From an uncultured Planctomycetaceae bacterium (lineage in GTDB: Bacteria > Planctomycetota > Planctomycetia > Isosphaerales > Isosphaeraceae): DNA of 64,000 nt. Of this stretch, positions 20,871-33,606 are shown piece after piece. Numbering within the stretch: position 1 is the first letter of the stretch; every line of letters starts with the position of its first letter. The translations under genes were made by a program, and so were the position numbers. The stretch is from assembly GCA_963833985.1 (NCBI GenBank), contig CAWIAD010000001.1, forward strand, positions 544,001-608,000, in the 5' to 3' direction. The notes beneath the pieces were generated by a model. The model saw nothing but the letters and a program-made list of their open reading frames with translations, made no database searches and was not told the origin of the DNA.

Positions 20871-23144
20871 TCAGGGTCGGCTCGTCTCCGAGCTGCCAGC
20901 GGCGGGCTTGATGCGAAAGGCATTGATCTCGCCGCCGGTCGCCACCAGGACCAGCGGGCTGCCGGCCGTTTCGGGCACGGCCCAGGCGACCCTGGGGGTC
21001 ATCCCCTGGCCGGCCACCTGGCCCACGATCCGGCCGTGTACCGAGTCCACCACGCAGACCCTGCCCCCGCGCATTCCGGCTGCCGCCAGATGACCCGTCG
21101 GCGAGACCGCAAGCGAGTCGCAGTGCGTTGCATCGGCCGGAAGCGTGAGCTTCCAGACGCGCTTGCCCTGGCCGTCCAGCGCGGCCATTTCCTGGTCCGA
21201 GGCTCCCCGGCCAACCACCAGCACGAGAGCGTCGCGCTGCGGGAGGCCCGAGCGACCGGGCGCCATCCGTACCATGTTGGCATAGAGCCCGGCGGTCAGG
21301 GTCTCTCCGGCCTTGCCGTCCGGGGCGTTGGAGAGATGCACCTGGCCGCTGGCGGAGGTGCAGATCACATCCGGCTTGCCCTGACCGCTCAGGTCGCCGG
21401 CGGTCACGTGCCAGACGTTGGCGAGGTCTTCACGCTTCCAGAGCCGCTTGCCGTCGGCGGCGAAGACATGAAGCCCGGTCATGCCGTTGTAGCCGACGAT
21501 CACCTCGTCCACACCGTCGTTGTTCAAGTCGGCGGTCCAGACGTCGTCGATGCCCTGGCCGCTCGGCCCTTCCCAGAGCCTGGTCCCATCGCTTCGGGAC
21601 ACAAGAAAGGCGCCTTGCCAGGTCTGGAACGACACCACTGCCTGCACGTCCCCCGCGAAACGTGCGAGTCGGAGCTGGTCATGGTCCCGGGCCGAGATCT
21701 GGAACGTCCGAATCGTCTTGCCCGCCGCGTCGAGCACTTGACACCGGCCCTGCCGCATGAGGGCGTAGATCGTCTTCCCCTGCGGATCGGTCGCCACGCC
21801 CGCGAAAGGCTCACTGGCGGTCCAGGCCAGCTCCAGCCCTTCCGTCTTGGGAGCCTCCTTGCTCACATCACGGCGCTGGCTGGCAACGCTCTTTCCGGCC
21901 AGCAGCGCGTCGAGCTCCTTGCCCAGGGTCTCCTTGATCGACGGGTTGTAGCCCAGGTGCACGGACTGGACGATGCCGTCCTTGTCAATCAGTACCAGGA
22001 GCGGGATGGCATCGGCGTGGTAGGCCTTGCCGACCTCGCCCTCGGTGTCCAGAGCGACTTTCATGGACAGCTTCTTGTCCTTCAGGAACTTGCGGATCTC
22101 ATCGGGCGTCTCCTGCTGATTCACCGCGCAGAAGACCACGCCCTTGTCCTTGTACGCCGAGGCAACCTCGACGAGCAGGGGCAGCTCCATGACGCACGGC
22201 CCGCACCAGGTGGCCCAGAAATCGAGCATCACGACGCTCTTGCGGTGGTCCTTCAGGCGAAACTCGCCCTCGTCCAGCAGCTTCAGCGTCACGTCCGGAG
22301 CCGGCTTGGACAGCAAGGGCGAGGGCGGCTCCGGAGCATTGGCACCCGGTCCCTCCGTGAGACTCCTGACCTTGAGGCTACCCAGTGGAGGCTGGAACGC
22401 GAACGTCTGCTCGTTGATGCCCTGGTCGAAACGCCAGCCCTTGAAGGACTGGACCATCTCGAACTTCTTGCCCTTGAGCTGCGCGGCCAGCGGGGAATTC
22501 CCCAGCATCCTGGTGAGATCCAGGACCACGCGCTGGACGACCGGGTCGCCCTCCGCGGCCACCCACATCTCCCAGTCAAACTGATCCTGGGTGAACTTGA
22601 GGTGGTGCGCCTTGCCGCCTTCGACCGGTTCCAGGCCAGCGTCCGTGACGGTTTTCACGCCTTCCATGACCTTCGTGTAAGGATCCGCGGCGCACAGGTC
22701 CGGAACGAGCGAGAATTGCAGGGCCGCCCGGGCGATCGGGTCCTCCTGCAACGCCTCGAGCGACGCGGGCGCGGGCACCTGAGTGAACTTTTTCATCCCA
22801 ACGACGGAGAGGGAGAGCGTCTTGCCATCGCTCACGATATCGAACCCTGGCATGGCCCCTTTCGACCGCGCGGCGAACCGGTTCGGCCGCTCGAAGGCCA
22901 CGCTCGTGGTCGTCTTGATGGACTGCCCGGCGATCTTCTGCTCCTGCTCCACGTCGGCCAGGATGGAGTGGGCCCGCTTGTAAAAGTCGGCCATCCGGCG
23001 GACGACGGCCTCCGCGCTGGCTGGTCCGGCCGGCTGGCTGGCCGGCCCGGCTCCCTGGGCCAGTGCCGCGGTTTCCGGCGCGTTCAGGATCGGAATGCAC
23101 AGGAACATCAGTGCGGTACTCCTCAAGGCCCGGTGCGTGATCAT
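20871..23144 (-). CDS. Secreted redoxin (TlpA-like) protein with a DUF2092/LolA-like N-domain and an FG-GAP/beta-propeller C-domain
   Basis: Signal peptide; DFWATWCGPC thioredoxin motif; DLNNDGVDE and GDLSGQGKPD repeats. Confidence 0.8.
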   Translation of the reverse strand: MITHRALRSTALMFLCIPILNAPETAALAQGAGPASQPAGPASAEAVVRRMADFYKRAHSILADVEQEQKIAGQSIKTTTSVAFERPNRFAARSKGAMPGFDIVSDGKTLSLSVVGMKKFTQVPAPASLEALQEDPIARAALQFSLVPDLCAADPYTKVMEGVKTVTDAGLEPVEGGKAHHLKFTQDQFDWEMWVAAEGDPVVQRVVLDLTRMLGNSPLAAQLKGKKFEMVQSFKGWRFDQGINEQTFAFQPPLGSLKVRSLTEGPGANAPEPPSPLLSKPAPDVTLKLLDEGEFRLKDHRKSVVMLDFWATWCGPCVMELPLLVEVASAYKDKGVVFCAVNQQETPDEIRKFLKDKKLSMKVALDTEGEVGKAYHADAIPLLVLIDKDGIVQSVHLGYNPSIKETLGKELDALLAGKSVASQRRDVSKEAPKTEGLELAWTASEPFAGVATDPQGKTIYALMRQGRCQVLDAAGKTIRTFQISARDHDQLRLARFAGDVQAVVSFQTWQGAFLVSRSDGTRLWEGPSGQGIDDVWTADLNNDGVDEVIVGYNGMTGLHVFAADGKRLWKREDLANVWHVTAGDLSGQGKPDVICTSASGQVHLSNAPDGKAGETLTAGLYANMVRMAPGRSGLPQRDALVLVVGRGASDQEMAALDGQGKRVWKLTLPADATHCDSLAVSPTGHLAAAGMRGGRVCVVDSVHGRIVGQVAGQGMTPRVAWAVPETAGSPLVLVATGGEINAFRIKPAAGSSETSRP

Positions 23145-23295
23145 GGCGGCAGCTCCCTGGAACCTGAGACGGGCGAACAGACCACAGCTCAGGATTCTCC
23201 TCTGGATCTCGTCGTCTTACAAGGATCAATGTCCCTCCGCGACCACACTGGCAGGGGCCGGCGTCTGGCCTGGGCCACGAAGTCTCTCGGCCCAC

Positions 23296-23324
23296 TTGAC
23301 ACGTACGTACGTGTGTACTACCGT
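23296..23324 (+). promoter_or_regulatory. Sigma70-type promoter overlapped by a 16-bp palindrome
   Basis: TTGACA-17 nt-TACCGT; perfect palindrome ACACGTACGTACGTGT at 23299-23314. Confidence 0.65.
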
Positions 23325-23465
23325 AGGTCGAGACACGAACCGGTGCGGTGGTCCTGGAGACGACGGAGAGAATCTTCATGGAGCGAGATCGGATAGGTCG
23401 GAGGCGGCGTCCGGAGCAGGAGCGCGGGCTCCGGCCCTTGCATCCGCTGTTGCCGGAGGCTCTGG

Positions 23466-23696
23466 ATGAGCAAGGCCGTGCGGGTTTCCATGTCCGAGGC
23501 CGACTGGTCGCGGTTCGAGGCACTGGCGCGGGCGCTGGCACCGGCCGTGCCCACCCAGGCGCGGGCATACGGCCTGGCCCTGTCAACCCTGATGAACTCC
23601 GCGAAGCTGCCCGCGGCCGAACCCGGCCCCCTCGACTGGATGGACTGGGAACGCCGCAAAACCATGCATTTACTTCATTCCAGCTCGAGACGGTGA
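23466..23696 (+). CDS. Small protein, possible ribbon-helix-helix DNA-binding protein
   Basis: GGAGG upstream of ATG; N-terminal beta-strand pattern KAVRVSM followed by the helix SEADWSRFEALARAL. Confidence 0.5.
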   Translation: MSKAVRVSMSEADWSRFEALARALAPAVPTQARAYGLALSTLMNSAKLPAAEPGPLDWMDWERRKTMHLLHSSSRR

Positions 23697-23739
23697 TGAG
23701 GGGTCTGCCGCTCCCGGCACGGCCCGGTCAGGACCGTGA

Positions 23740-25137
<1,398 letters not shown>

Positions 25138-25228
25138 GTCATCGCGCCAGCGGGCAGCGGGCATTGCCCCGCTGCCCGCAGCCTGCTCATGACAGGCAAG
25201 AATGGCTGTTCTCCCCATGCTCTCCACT

Positions 25229-25361
25229 GCCGACTGCCGCCCTGGTGGGCCTCGCCTGCGGCTCGACCCACCCTACAAACTGCCCACGGCCCACGGCCGA
25301 CTGCCGCCCTGGTGGGCCTCGCCTGCGGCTCGACCCACCCTACAAACTGCCCACGGCCCAC
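25229..25361 (-). repeat. Tandem pair of 67-bp units carrying a GTAG-type REP hairpin and heptamer repeats
   Basis: Two near-identical units; the minus strand reads GTAGGGTGGGTCGAGCCGCAGGCGAGGCCCACC; flanked by CTGCCCA/CGGCCCA heptamers. Confidence 0.85.
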
Positions 25362-25381
25362 TGCCCAGCAAGGAACGATCC

Positions 25382-26710
25382 ATGCCCGACATCCGACCCT
25401 TCCACGGCGTCCGTTATGACGTGGCTCAGGTGGGGGCGCTGGCCAGCGTGGTTGCCCCCCCTTACGACGTCATCGATGCGCAGCTCCAGGAGCGGCTGTA
25501 CCACGCAAGCCCGTACAACGCCATCCGGCTGGAGCTGAACCGTGGCGAGCCGGATGACACCGGCGCCGAGAACCGCTATACCCGCGCGGCGGGCTTCCTG
25601 AAGACGTGGCAGCGCCAGGGTGTCTTGCGGACCGACAATCAGTCGTCGCTCTACCTGTATGAGCAAAGCTTCGACGTCGAGGGGACAACCTTCACCCGGA
25701 AAGGGTTCCTGGCGCGGGTGCGGCTGGAGCCATTCGGGGCGGGTAAGATCTTCCCGCACGAACAGACGCTGGCCGGGCCGAAGGCGGATCGGCTGGCGCT
25801 GTACCAGGCCACGGGCTTCAACCTGAGCCCCATCTTCGGGCTCTACCCCGATCCAGTCCATGAGGTCATCCGCACGGTCGAGGCAGGCCTGCGCGACCGG
25901 ACGCCGCTGGAAGCCATCGACCACCTGGGCGTGGTCAACCGTCTCTGGCTGGTGACGGACCCGGCCACGCATACGGGTGTCGCCGGGCTCATGGGGGCAC
26001 GCGCCATCTTCATCGCGGACGGACACCACCGCTACGAGACCGGCCTCAGGTACCGGGAGCTGCTCGCCGAGACCGGACAGATCCAGGGAAGCGAAGATCC
26101 GGCGAACTTCTGCATGATGATGCTGGTGGGCATGAGCGATCCCGGTCTGCGGATCTTGCCCACGCACCGCCTGGTCGCCGGGCTGCCCGGCCTGCGGTCC
26201 GAGGAACTCGCCCGGCGGCTCGCCCCCGAGTTCGAGATCGAACCGATGGGAACCGGACCGGGGGCCTGCCACGCCGCCTGGGACGTGATCGAACGCTCAG
26301 GCGAGCAGGAGCTGCTGGGTTTTGGCACTGCGGCCGACGAGACGTGGATCGTGGCAAGGCTCCGGTCCGACGCCACGATGGACCGGCTGGCCTCGAGCCA
26401 CAGCGCCGAGTGGCGGGCGCTCGGTGTGAGCATCCTGCACGTGCTGGCGCTCGACCACCTGGTCGCGGGAGGGCGGACCGGGGGAACGGCCGCGTCCGAG
26501 GCAGCGAGCCAGACCATCCGCTACGTGCATCTGCTCCGCGAGGTCCAGGACGACATTGCCGCGCGTGGCTGCGACCTTGCCTGTCTGGTGCCCCCGGCGC
26601 GAATGGAGCATGTGGAGGCCATTGCCTCAGGCCTCGAGACGATGCCGCCGAAGAGCACCTACTTCTACCCCAAGCTCTTGACAGGCCTGGTGTTCAACCC
26701 GCTGCGGTGA
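25382..26710 (+). CDS. DUF1015 family protein
   Basis: PPYDVI, PHEQT, IADGHHRYE and MPPKSTYFYPKL motifs. Confidence 0.88.
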   Translation: MPDIRPFHGVRYDVAQVGALASVVAPPYDVIDAQLQERLYHASPYNAIRLELNRGEPDDTGAENRYTRAAGFLKTWQRQGVLRTDNQSSLYLYEQSFDVEGTTFTRKGFLARVRLEPFGAGKIFPHEQTLAGPKADRLALYQATGFNLSPIFGLYPDPVHEVIRTVEAGLRDRTPLEAIDHLGVVNRLWLVTDPATHTGVAGLMGARAIFIADGHHRYETGLRYRELLAETGQIQGSEDPANFCMMMLVGMSDPGLRILPTHRLVAGLPGLRSEELARRLAPEFEIEPMGTGPGACHAAWDVIERSGEQELLGFGTAADETWIVARLRSDATMDRLASSHSAEWRALGVSILHVLALDHLVAGGRTGGTAASEAASQTIRYVHLLREVQDDIAARGCDLACLVPPARMEHVEAIASGLETMPPKSTYFYPKLLTGLVFNPLR

Positions 26711-26720
26711 GGTCGGCGCC

Positions 26721-27752
26721 TCATTCCGGCCGCACGGGCGACGGGGGCGGTGGCGGCACGCGCTCGCCCTCGGACGCCGGGGGAGCCTCCATGGCCGGCG
26801 CATCGAGCGCCGGCTGCTGTGCGCCGGCCTGCGACTGGAACGGCGAGGGGCGAGGATCCACTGGCGGGAGCGTTGGAGCAATGCGCGGAACTTCCGCCTG
26901 CGGAGCACCGTTGCCGTCGGTCGTGGCACGCGAACGAGCCCACGACTGAGCCGGCTGCGAATTCTGGCTGAGGGCGGCACGCCGATCTCGTAGTGACCGC
27001 AATGCCGCGGCCGCGGCGTCGCGAACCTCTTGCTTCTTCTCGTAGATGATACAGCGCTCGAGGACGACCTCGGACTCGTTGCCTCCCAGCTCTCCCAGAG
27101 ACGTCGCCGCGGCGACGCGCACGTCCCTGGACGAATCGTACTTCAGGACGTGGATCAGCGGGGGAATGCCCCGAGGATCGCCAAGCTGGCCCAGTTCGCG
27201 TGCACCATCGCGCCGGCTGGAGGCGTGAAAGCTCTGTAACTTCTGGCCGGCCAGGACCACGGGGTCAAGCGGGTTGGGCTGTCCGGCGGGTGCCGGCTGG
27301 CCGCCTGCCATGGCGCCGGGCTGAGCGTACCCGGCGACCCCGGGAACCATACCCGGAGCAACCCCACCCCCGGCGTAACCACCGCCAAACCCGCCACCGA
27401 AAAAGGGGATGGTGATGATCGGTGCCGCGGCGATGCCGAATCCCCAGGAGTTGATCGGACGCGGTGCGAAGAAAGGCAGGGGACGGAAACCGAAGCCGCC
27501 GCCGGGGAAACCGCCCCAACCGCGCTGGATCGTCGTGCTCCGCTCAAGCGTGCCGCCCGGCCGCTGGATTTGAAGCTGGCGGGAATAGCCGCCCGGCCCG
27601 CGCTGGATGTCGACCTGGCGATCGATCGTGCGGCCGCGTGGGCCGGTGACCCGGGTGTCGCGCTGCACCGTTTGCGCATGCATTGATGGTGCGGCAAGCC
27701 AGATGAGCCCGGAAACCGTGAGCCAGACGCCCAGCCTGTACGAGCGGATCAC
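26721..27752 (-). CDS. Secreted HEAT-repeat protein with Gly/Pro-rich regions
   Basis: GGAGGT before GTG; signal peptide; HEAT-like 'ARELGQLGDPRGIPPLIHVL..DVRVAAATSLG'. Confidence 0.7.
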   Translation of the reverse strand: MIRSYRLGVWLTVSGLIWLAAPSMHAQTVQRDTRVTGPRGRTIDRQVDIQRGPGGYSRQLQIQRPGGTLERSTTIQRGWGGFPGGGFGFRPLPFFAPRPINSWGFGIAAAPIITIPFFGGGFGGGYAGGGVAPGMVPGVAGYAQPGAMAGGQPAPAGQPNPLDPVVLAGQKLQSFHASSRRDGARELGQLGDPRGIPPLIHVLKYDSSRDVRVAAATSLGELGGNESEVVLERCIIYEKKQEVRDAAAAALRSLRDRRAALSQNSQPAQSWARSRATTDGNGAPQAEVPRIAPTLPPVDPRPSPFQSQAGAQQPALDAPAMEAPPASEGERVPPPPPSPVRPE

Positions 27753-28138
27753 AGCGCACCTCCCTGCGAGCTGTCGCCAAGAACCTGGCAATCCCAGATA
27801 TCGGGCAGGCGAGATCGCCGCCCGCGCCGGATTCTCGCGACTGCTCCGAGAACTGGGAAGGTCAATCATCGGCAATGAGAACCGACCGCTTCGTTCTTGA
27901 TCGGTTCCAGGACGGCTTCGCCTCCAGGGAAAACCAGGAGGACGCTTCGAGCTCCGGCCAAAGTGGCTCCGGATGGCAACATGGTGCCGCCTTTAAGAAA
28001 AATTAATCGAGTTTGCCATCGCATTGCCGCATCGGAGTCATTAAAGTTCATAAAGCAAGCAAGCGCCCGATGATTGACGCCTGCTGCCACTACGGCGTGA
28101 GCCAGAACAACGCGGTAGCCTTCTCGAATTCGGAGGGG

Positions 28139-28423
28139 ATGGTGAAGCCCGCACGTCCCAGATCGACCCGCCCGACGAGAGTGGCGCTGGAGGTGACTGC
28201 CCGGAGGTTTCACCTCGAGTCGGAAGGAGCAGTCCCTTGTTGCCCTTCATGCGATCAGTTACTCAACCTGCATCAGCCGGACGAGAACCAACCCGGACGA
28301 CTTCTGGCAACCTGTGATGCCTGTTTGAAATGGTATCTTCTGTTCGAGGCGGGTGAGGGTGCAAACCAGTTCGTGATGGTGGAACTACCGGACTGCACCA
28401 TGGTGGAACTGCCCCACGATTGA
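28139..28423 (+). CDS. Small Zn-finger-like hypothetical protein
   Basis: GGAGGGG RBS; CPSC...LHQPD....RLLATCDAC..WY. Confidence 0.6.
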   Translation: MVKPARPRSTRPTRVALEVTARRFHLESEGAVPCCPSCDQLLNLHQPDENQPGRLLATCDACLKWYLLFEAGEGANQFVMVELPDCTMVELPHD

Positions 28424-28440
28424 GCCCCGTGAGGCGACCT

Positions 28441-30787
28441 TCATTTCAGACGCTTTCCCTTCTTGCCCGGCTTCCGAGACTTGTGTTTTTTGCCTTTCTT
28501 CAGAACGCCCTTGCGCGATTCGCTCTTGAGCGATGCCCGGGGGTGACTGCTGGCGGCCGGCCTGGCCGCTGGACTTCCGGGCTTGCCGGCTGCCCGGCCT
28601 GCCCCTGAGGCAGAGGCAGAGGCAGAGGCAGAGGCGTTGGGAACGGGTTTTCGCCTTTGCCACTGCGACAAAGGTGCATCGGCGAGCACCAGGTCGAGTT
28701 CCCGCCGGTCGAGGTCCACATGGGCGACGCGAATCTGAATGCGGTCGCCAAGCCTGTGCCGCCGGCCCGAGCCGCGCCCGACCAGCGTATGGGTCCCCGG
28801 TTCAAGGTAGTAATAGTCGCCGGCCAGGCTGGTGACATGGATCAGGCCCTCGACGGGCAGCTCGACGAGCCGGCAGAAGAGCCCGAAGTCCTCCACGCCG
28901 ACGACGATGGCGTGAAACGCCTCGCCGATCCTCGTTTCCAGGTGTGTGAGCAGCTTGATGCGGATGAGCTCGCGCTCGGCGGCCTCCGCGCGCCGCTCGG
29001 TCCGCGTGCAGTGCTCGCCCAGGACGAACAGCTCATCGATCTTGCCGCGCGGTTTCTTGCCGGCCAGCAGCGCTGTCAACTGGCGGTGCACCTGGAGGTC
29101 GGGATAGCGGCGAATGGGTGAAGTGAAGTGGCAGTAGTCCTCACTCGCCAGCGCGTAGTGTCCCTCCGGCTCGGGAGTGTAGGTCGCCTGTTTCAGGCTC
29201 CGCAAGAGACCGAAATGGACGGCGTACTCCTCCGGCTTGCCCGCCGTCTCGCCGAGAATCCGCTGGAGCTCGAAGCGGCTCTGGGGCAGCTCCAGCTTCA
29301 GACCCAGGCTGCGTGCGAACTCGGCGAAGCTGTCCAGCTTGAAAGGGTCCGGATCGGGATGGACCCGCCGCAGAAATGCGGCGCCGTGCTCGGTGAGGTA
29401 CGCCGCGACCGCCTCGTTGGCCGCAAGCATGAACTCTTCGATCACCTGGTGGCTCTGGTCGTTCAGGGCCACATGAGCTCCGGTTACCTGGCCATTGTCT
29501 CCCAGATCAATCTCGATCTCGGGCAGGCTCAGCTCCAGGGCGCCCCGGGCAAACCGCCGGCGCCGCAGCAGCATCGCCAGCTCCAGCATGAGCGTCACCG
29601 TCCGGGTCACCTCCGGGGCCATCTGCGGAGTTGCCCGCTCGGGATGGCTCATCAGCTCCATGGCCTGCTCGTAGGTGAAGCGATGATCCACCCGGATGGC
29701 CGAACGGGCAAACTGCGCGCACGGTGAGGACGCCCTCGGCATTGAACTCCAGCAGAGCGCTCACCGTGTACCGCGTGCGCTGGGCCTGAAGGCTGGCCAG
29801 GCTGTTGGAGAGCACCTCGGGGAGCATCGGGATTACCCGGTCGGGAAGGTAGACGCTGGTGCCGCGCTGCCGGGCCGCGCGGTCCAGCTCGGATCCGGTA
29901 CGCACGAAATGGGACACGTCCGCGATGTGAACGCCCAGGCTCCAGTCGCCGCGCTCGTCGCGCTCCAGCGAGATCGCGTCGTCGAAATCACGCGCGGTGG
30001 CCGGGTCGATGGTCACGGTCACCACGTCGCGGAGGTCGAGCCGATCGCCAATGACGTCTTCGGAGAACTCGCTCGCCTGCTCGCGCGCCTCGGCCAGCAC
30101 CTCGGCGTCGAAGGTATCGGGAATGCTGAACGCGCGGATCACCGAAAGCGTATCGACCCCTGGCGCACCGCGCTGACCCAGCAATTCGGTGATCACCCCC
30201 TCGCCCTCGAGATAGGGCGTCGGGTAACGGACAATGTCCAGGGCAACCTTGTCACCCGGTTTGGCACCCTTGGCGCCGGGATCTCCGACGAAGATCGGGG
30301 CGTGAAACGTTGTCCCGTCGATCTTCACGTAACCGGCCGGCCCCTCCTCGAAGTAGGTGCCCACGAACTGGCCGGAGGCGCGGGCGAGGATCTGCACGAT
30401 CCGCCCTTCGATGTTCATTCCCCGGCGCCGGGAGGCCTTGATGATCTTGACGACAACCTCGTCGCCGCTGGACGCGTCTCCGGCCTCCTCCGGCGCGATG
30501 TAGATCTGGTCGGGTCCGCCGCTCGTGGGGTGGGGACGGACAAACCCGAACCCCCGCGCCGAGCGTCGGAACAGGCCGATGATCGCGCCGGTACGATCGG
30601 GCTTGCGCAGCGTCTTGTCCCGGGCCAGTTCCAGCTTTCCTTCCTTCACCAGATCCTTCACGGTCTGACGGAACTCGGCGTAGTCGTCGTCGGCCACGGC
30701 GAACCTGCGCGACATCGCCTTCAGCGTCACGGGCACGTAATCGGGCCCGGCCACCAGCTTGAGGACTTGCTCGGCAAAGTCTGCCAC
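28441..30787 (-). CDS. rnr: Ribonuclease R (frameshift near 29720)
   Basis: CSD GFGFV, TIDPATARDFDDA, IEEFMLAANE, HFTSPIRRYPD, S1 domain and Lys-rich tail. Confidence 0.93.
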
Positions 30788-30804
30788 GTGATCCCTTCCT
30801 CCGG

Positions 30805-32845
30805 TCATTCCGGATCGAGGCCGGCACGCCAGGGCACCCGACCGGCCCGGTTCGTCCGGGACCAGGCCAGCCACCCGCTCAGCGCCAGCAGAATGACACC
30901 CGCAAGATGCAAACCGTAACCGATTTCCAGGCCGACCGGGCGTACCTCGAGCACCAGCCGGCCCGTCTCGTCGGCCCGGGCCACGAAAGGTACAGTCATC
31001 TCGGCAACGCGCTGGCCGGCGAAGGCTTGCCTGCCGTTGACGCGCCACCAGGAGCCAGGGTTCTGGTTGACCTCGACCTCCTGTCCGGGCTCCACGTCGA
31101 ACACGATCCGGTTCGGACTCCAGAAGCTGGGCTCGACCTCACGATCACCGCTCCACGCTTCGCCCCGGTAGCCCGCATCCTCGCGCGCGGCGGACCGAAG
31201 GGGCGTTGCGGCGATAGCCCAGCATGGGCTCGTAGCCTTCAATCACGCCGTAACGCCGCCGACCCGCGGGGTAGCCGTAAGCCTGCCGGACATTGACGAT
31301 CGTGGGAACCGGCGGGCCCGGAAAAAGCGCCGTGGTAGGCCGGACGCTGAACGCCAGGCGAAGCTGGACATGCGCGAGGCTTACCAGGTCCGCGCCGATC
31401 ACGACCACCAGCAGCGCGGCGCAGCCGCGCAAGGCGGCATTGGCCGAACCGCGCCAGCGCGCCAGCACGCTTCCGGCGGCCAGACCGAGTCCCAGCAGCG
31501 CGACGTAACGCCAGCGCGTCACCACGTGCGCCGAGCCGATCAGGGGCCAGCTTTGTAGCCAGTAGCTCGGCTGGTACCACTGCAACGACCCGATGGCCAG
31601 CCAGGCGCAGCAGGCGGTCAGCGTATGCCACCAGCGCCAGCCTTGCGCGAGGCTCAGAACTCCCAGCACGACGACCACTGGGCCGACATAGGACGTCAGG
31701 GAGACGAAATCGGCATGGTGCTGACCGGGGATCACCTCGTACCAGTTGGCCGGCGGCCGGGCGAGCAGGTAGTGCAGGATCGACAGCGGCGTCTCGTCCC
31801 AGGTGGTGATCCGCTCGCGCTGGTCGCAGGCGAGCACGGGTAAGACCGTGGCCAGCCTCCAGCCGCAGAGCAGCAGGCACGCGCCGGCCGCGGCCAGCGT
31901 GTTGATGAAGAGTGTGAGGCGCTGGCCTGCCGGCTGGACTCGCACCTGGCGGATCCAGACCAGGCCCGCCAGGACCCCGCCGTACAGCGTGAGGTAGTTG
32001 ATGCCGTTGAGCACGGCGAGCGCCAGGCCGGTACCGAGCAAGAGTCCGTATCCGAATCGCTCGCCAAGGCGGCCGGCGGCATAGGCCAACCAGGGGAGGC
32101 TCCAGTAACTCATGGCCAGGTCATAGCCCTGGGCCGAATGCACGATCACGCCGCCGTTGAGCCCGTACACGAGGGCCGCGGCCGCGGCTCCCCAGGGATC
32201 CTTCAGCCAGCGGTGTGCCAGGCGGTAGGCCCCTTCGACAGCCAGGAACAGGCAGACGGCGGTCGCCAGGCCCAGACCCGGCGTCGTACCGAAGATCAGC
32301 ACCAGGGGCGATGCGATCGACACCGCGCTGATCTGCGGATGCGAGGCCAGGGGAAATCCGCCCCGGCACCAGGGGTTCCACCAGGGAAATTGCCCCCAGT
32401 GCACCACCGTCTGCCGCAGCGCCTCGTAATACTCCAGGTAAAAGTCCCAGTCGGCGAACCCCAGCCCGTCCGGGCTGTGCGTGAGCGGGATGACCAGGGA
32501 CGCCACCGCCAGCCGCATGAGCCATGGCACCAGGCGGTCGGCAACCGCCGGCGCAGGAACATTGAGGGGCTCGGAGACCGGCCACGAGTCCGCCGGCCGT
32601 ATGAGCCAGAGTCTGTACAGTCCGGCGGCGATCAGGGTCATCAGCGTGCCTTGACCCAGAGCGCGTCGCAGGGAATTTGGCAGGCTGAAGTACCAGGCCT
32701 TGAACAGATCGACGGCCAGCGGGCCCAGGAAGATCGTGAACGAAACCAGCAACAGCAAGAGGATCGGCCGGTACGACCGTCGGTCGAACCAGGGACCAAG
32801 CCAGCGCGCAAGCTTGAGCATCCGATCGCGCTGCTCCTGGTTCAT
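30805..32845 (-). CDS. Multi-pass membrane protein, YfhO-like / GT-C glycosyltransferase-like (frameshift near 31190)
   Basis: FPWWNPWCRGGFPL motif, many TMs, C-terminal 'VNQNPGSWWRVNG' segment. Confidence 0.65.
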
Positions 32846-33088
32846 GGTCACGACCTTGATGCGGTTACGTGCGGGTGGTGGGGTACCTCCGGTGTGCGGC
32901 CCAAGCCGGGCCATCTTACCCGGAAGGCCACGAAAAGTCCCGGGCGCCGGAGCCTGCCGGCCCTTCGAAACTGCAACGGGGCGGCTCAGGGCCACCCCGT
33001 TCGTCGATCCTGGCCGCCATCTCCGGCGGGGCCAGCAGTCTTCCAGCATCAGGACGGCGACAGCCGCCGCCCACCCGTGCTGGTCTGG

Positions 33089-33544
33089 TTACTTCTTCTG
33101 TGCCGCGCCCACCTTGATCTGCCGCGGCTTGGCGGCCTCGGCCTTGGGCAGGGTGAGCGTGAGCACGCCGTGCTCGAAGTCCGCCTGGGCCTTGTCGGAA
33201 TCAACGGGGGCGGAGAGAGACAGCGAGCGCTGGAACACGCCGGTACGCCGTTCACGGAAATGCCAGTGCTCGTTCTGCTTCTCCTCTTCCACCTTCGACT
33301 CGCCGCGGATGGTGAGCGTATCGCCGTGCACCGTGATCTGGACGTCCTCGGGCTTGATGCCCGGAAGCGGGGCCTTGATCACGAAATCGTTCTCGGTCTC
33401 GCCCACGTCCAGCGGCAGGGCCAGGACACTGCCGTTCTGCCCGGGCGTGCCGCTGGGCCGGACGTAGCTCTCCTGGAGCAGCGAGTTCATGGCGTCACGC
33501 AGGCTGATCGCCTCGCGAAAAGGGTCCCATCGGTCAATGGACAT
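33089..33544 (-). CDS. Hsp20 / alpha-crystallin small heat shock protein
   Basis: RWDPFRE, LPGIKPED, ERRTGVFQRS and GVLTLTLPK motifs. Confidence 0.92.
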   Translation of the reverse strand: MSIDRWDPFREAISLRDAMNSLLQESYVRPSGTPGQNGSVLALPLDVGETENDFVIKAPLPGIKPEDVQITVHGDTLTIRGESKVEEEKQNEHWHFRERRTGVFQRSLSLSAPVDSDKAQADFEHGVLTLTLPKAEAAKPRQIKVGAAQKK

Positions 33545-33606
33545 GGAAAATCTCCTTCGGGGTTGGGAGAGAAACCTCGTGTCTACCGGGAATCTCCAGC
33601 GCAACT

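Noticed and set aside
20667..23396. 909-aa plus-strand ORF, and other long antisense ORFs such as 23728..25227, 51076..52503, 52507..54225 and 57053..58768
   Set aside because: Shadow ORFs opposite well-supported genes, expected in high-GC DNA; no recognisable motifs
25229..25361. CRISPR array
   Set aside because: Only two units, with identical 'spacers' and no cas genes; it fits REP repeats
28608..28636. (GAGGCA)n microsatellite as a phase-variation switch in rnr
   Set aside because: The 6-bp unit keeps the frame and encodes an Ala-Ser linker in the disordered tail
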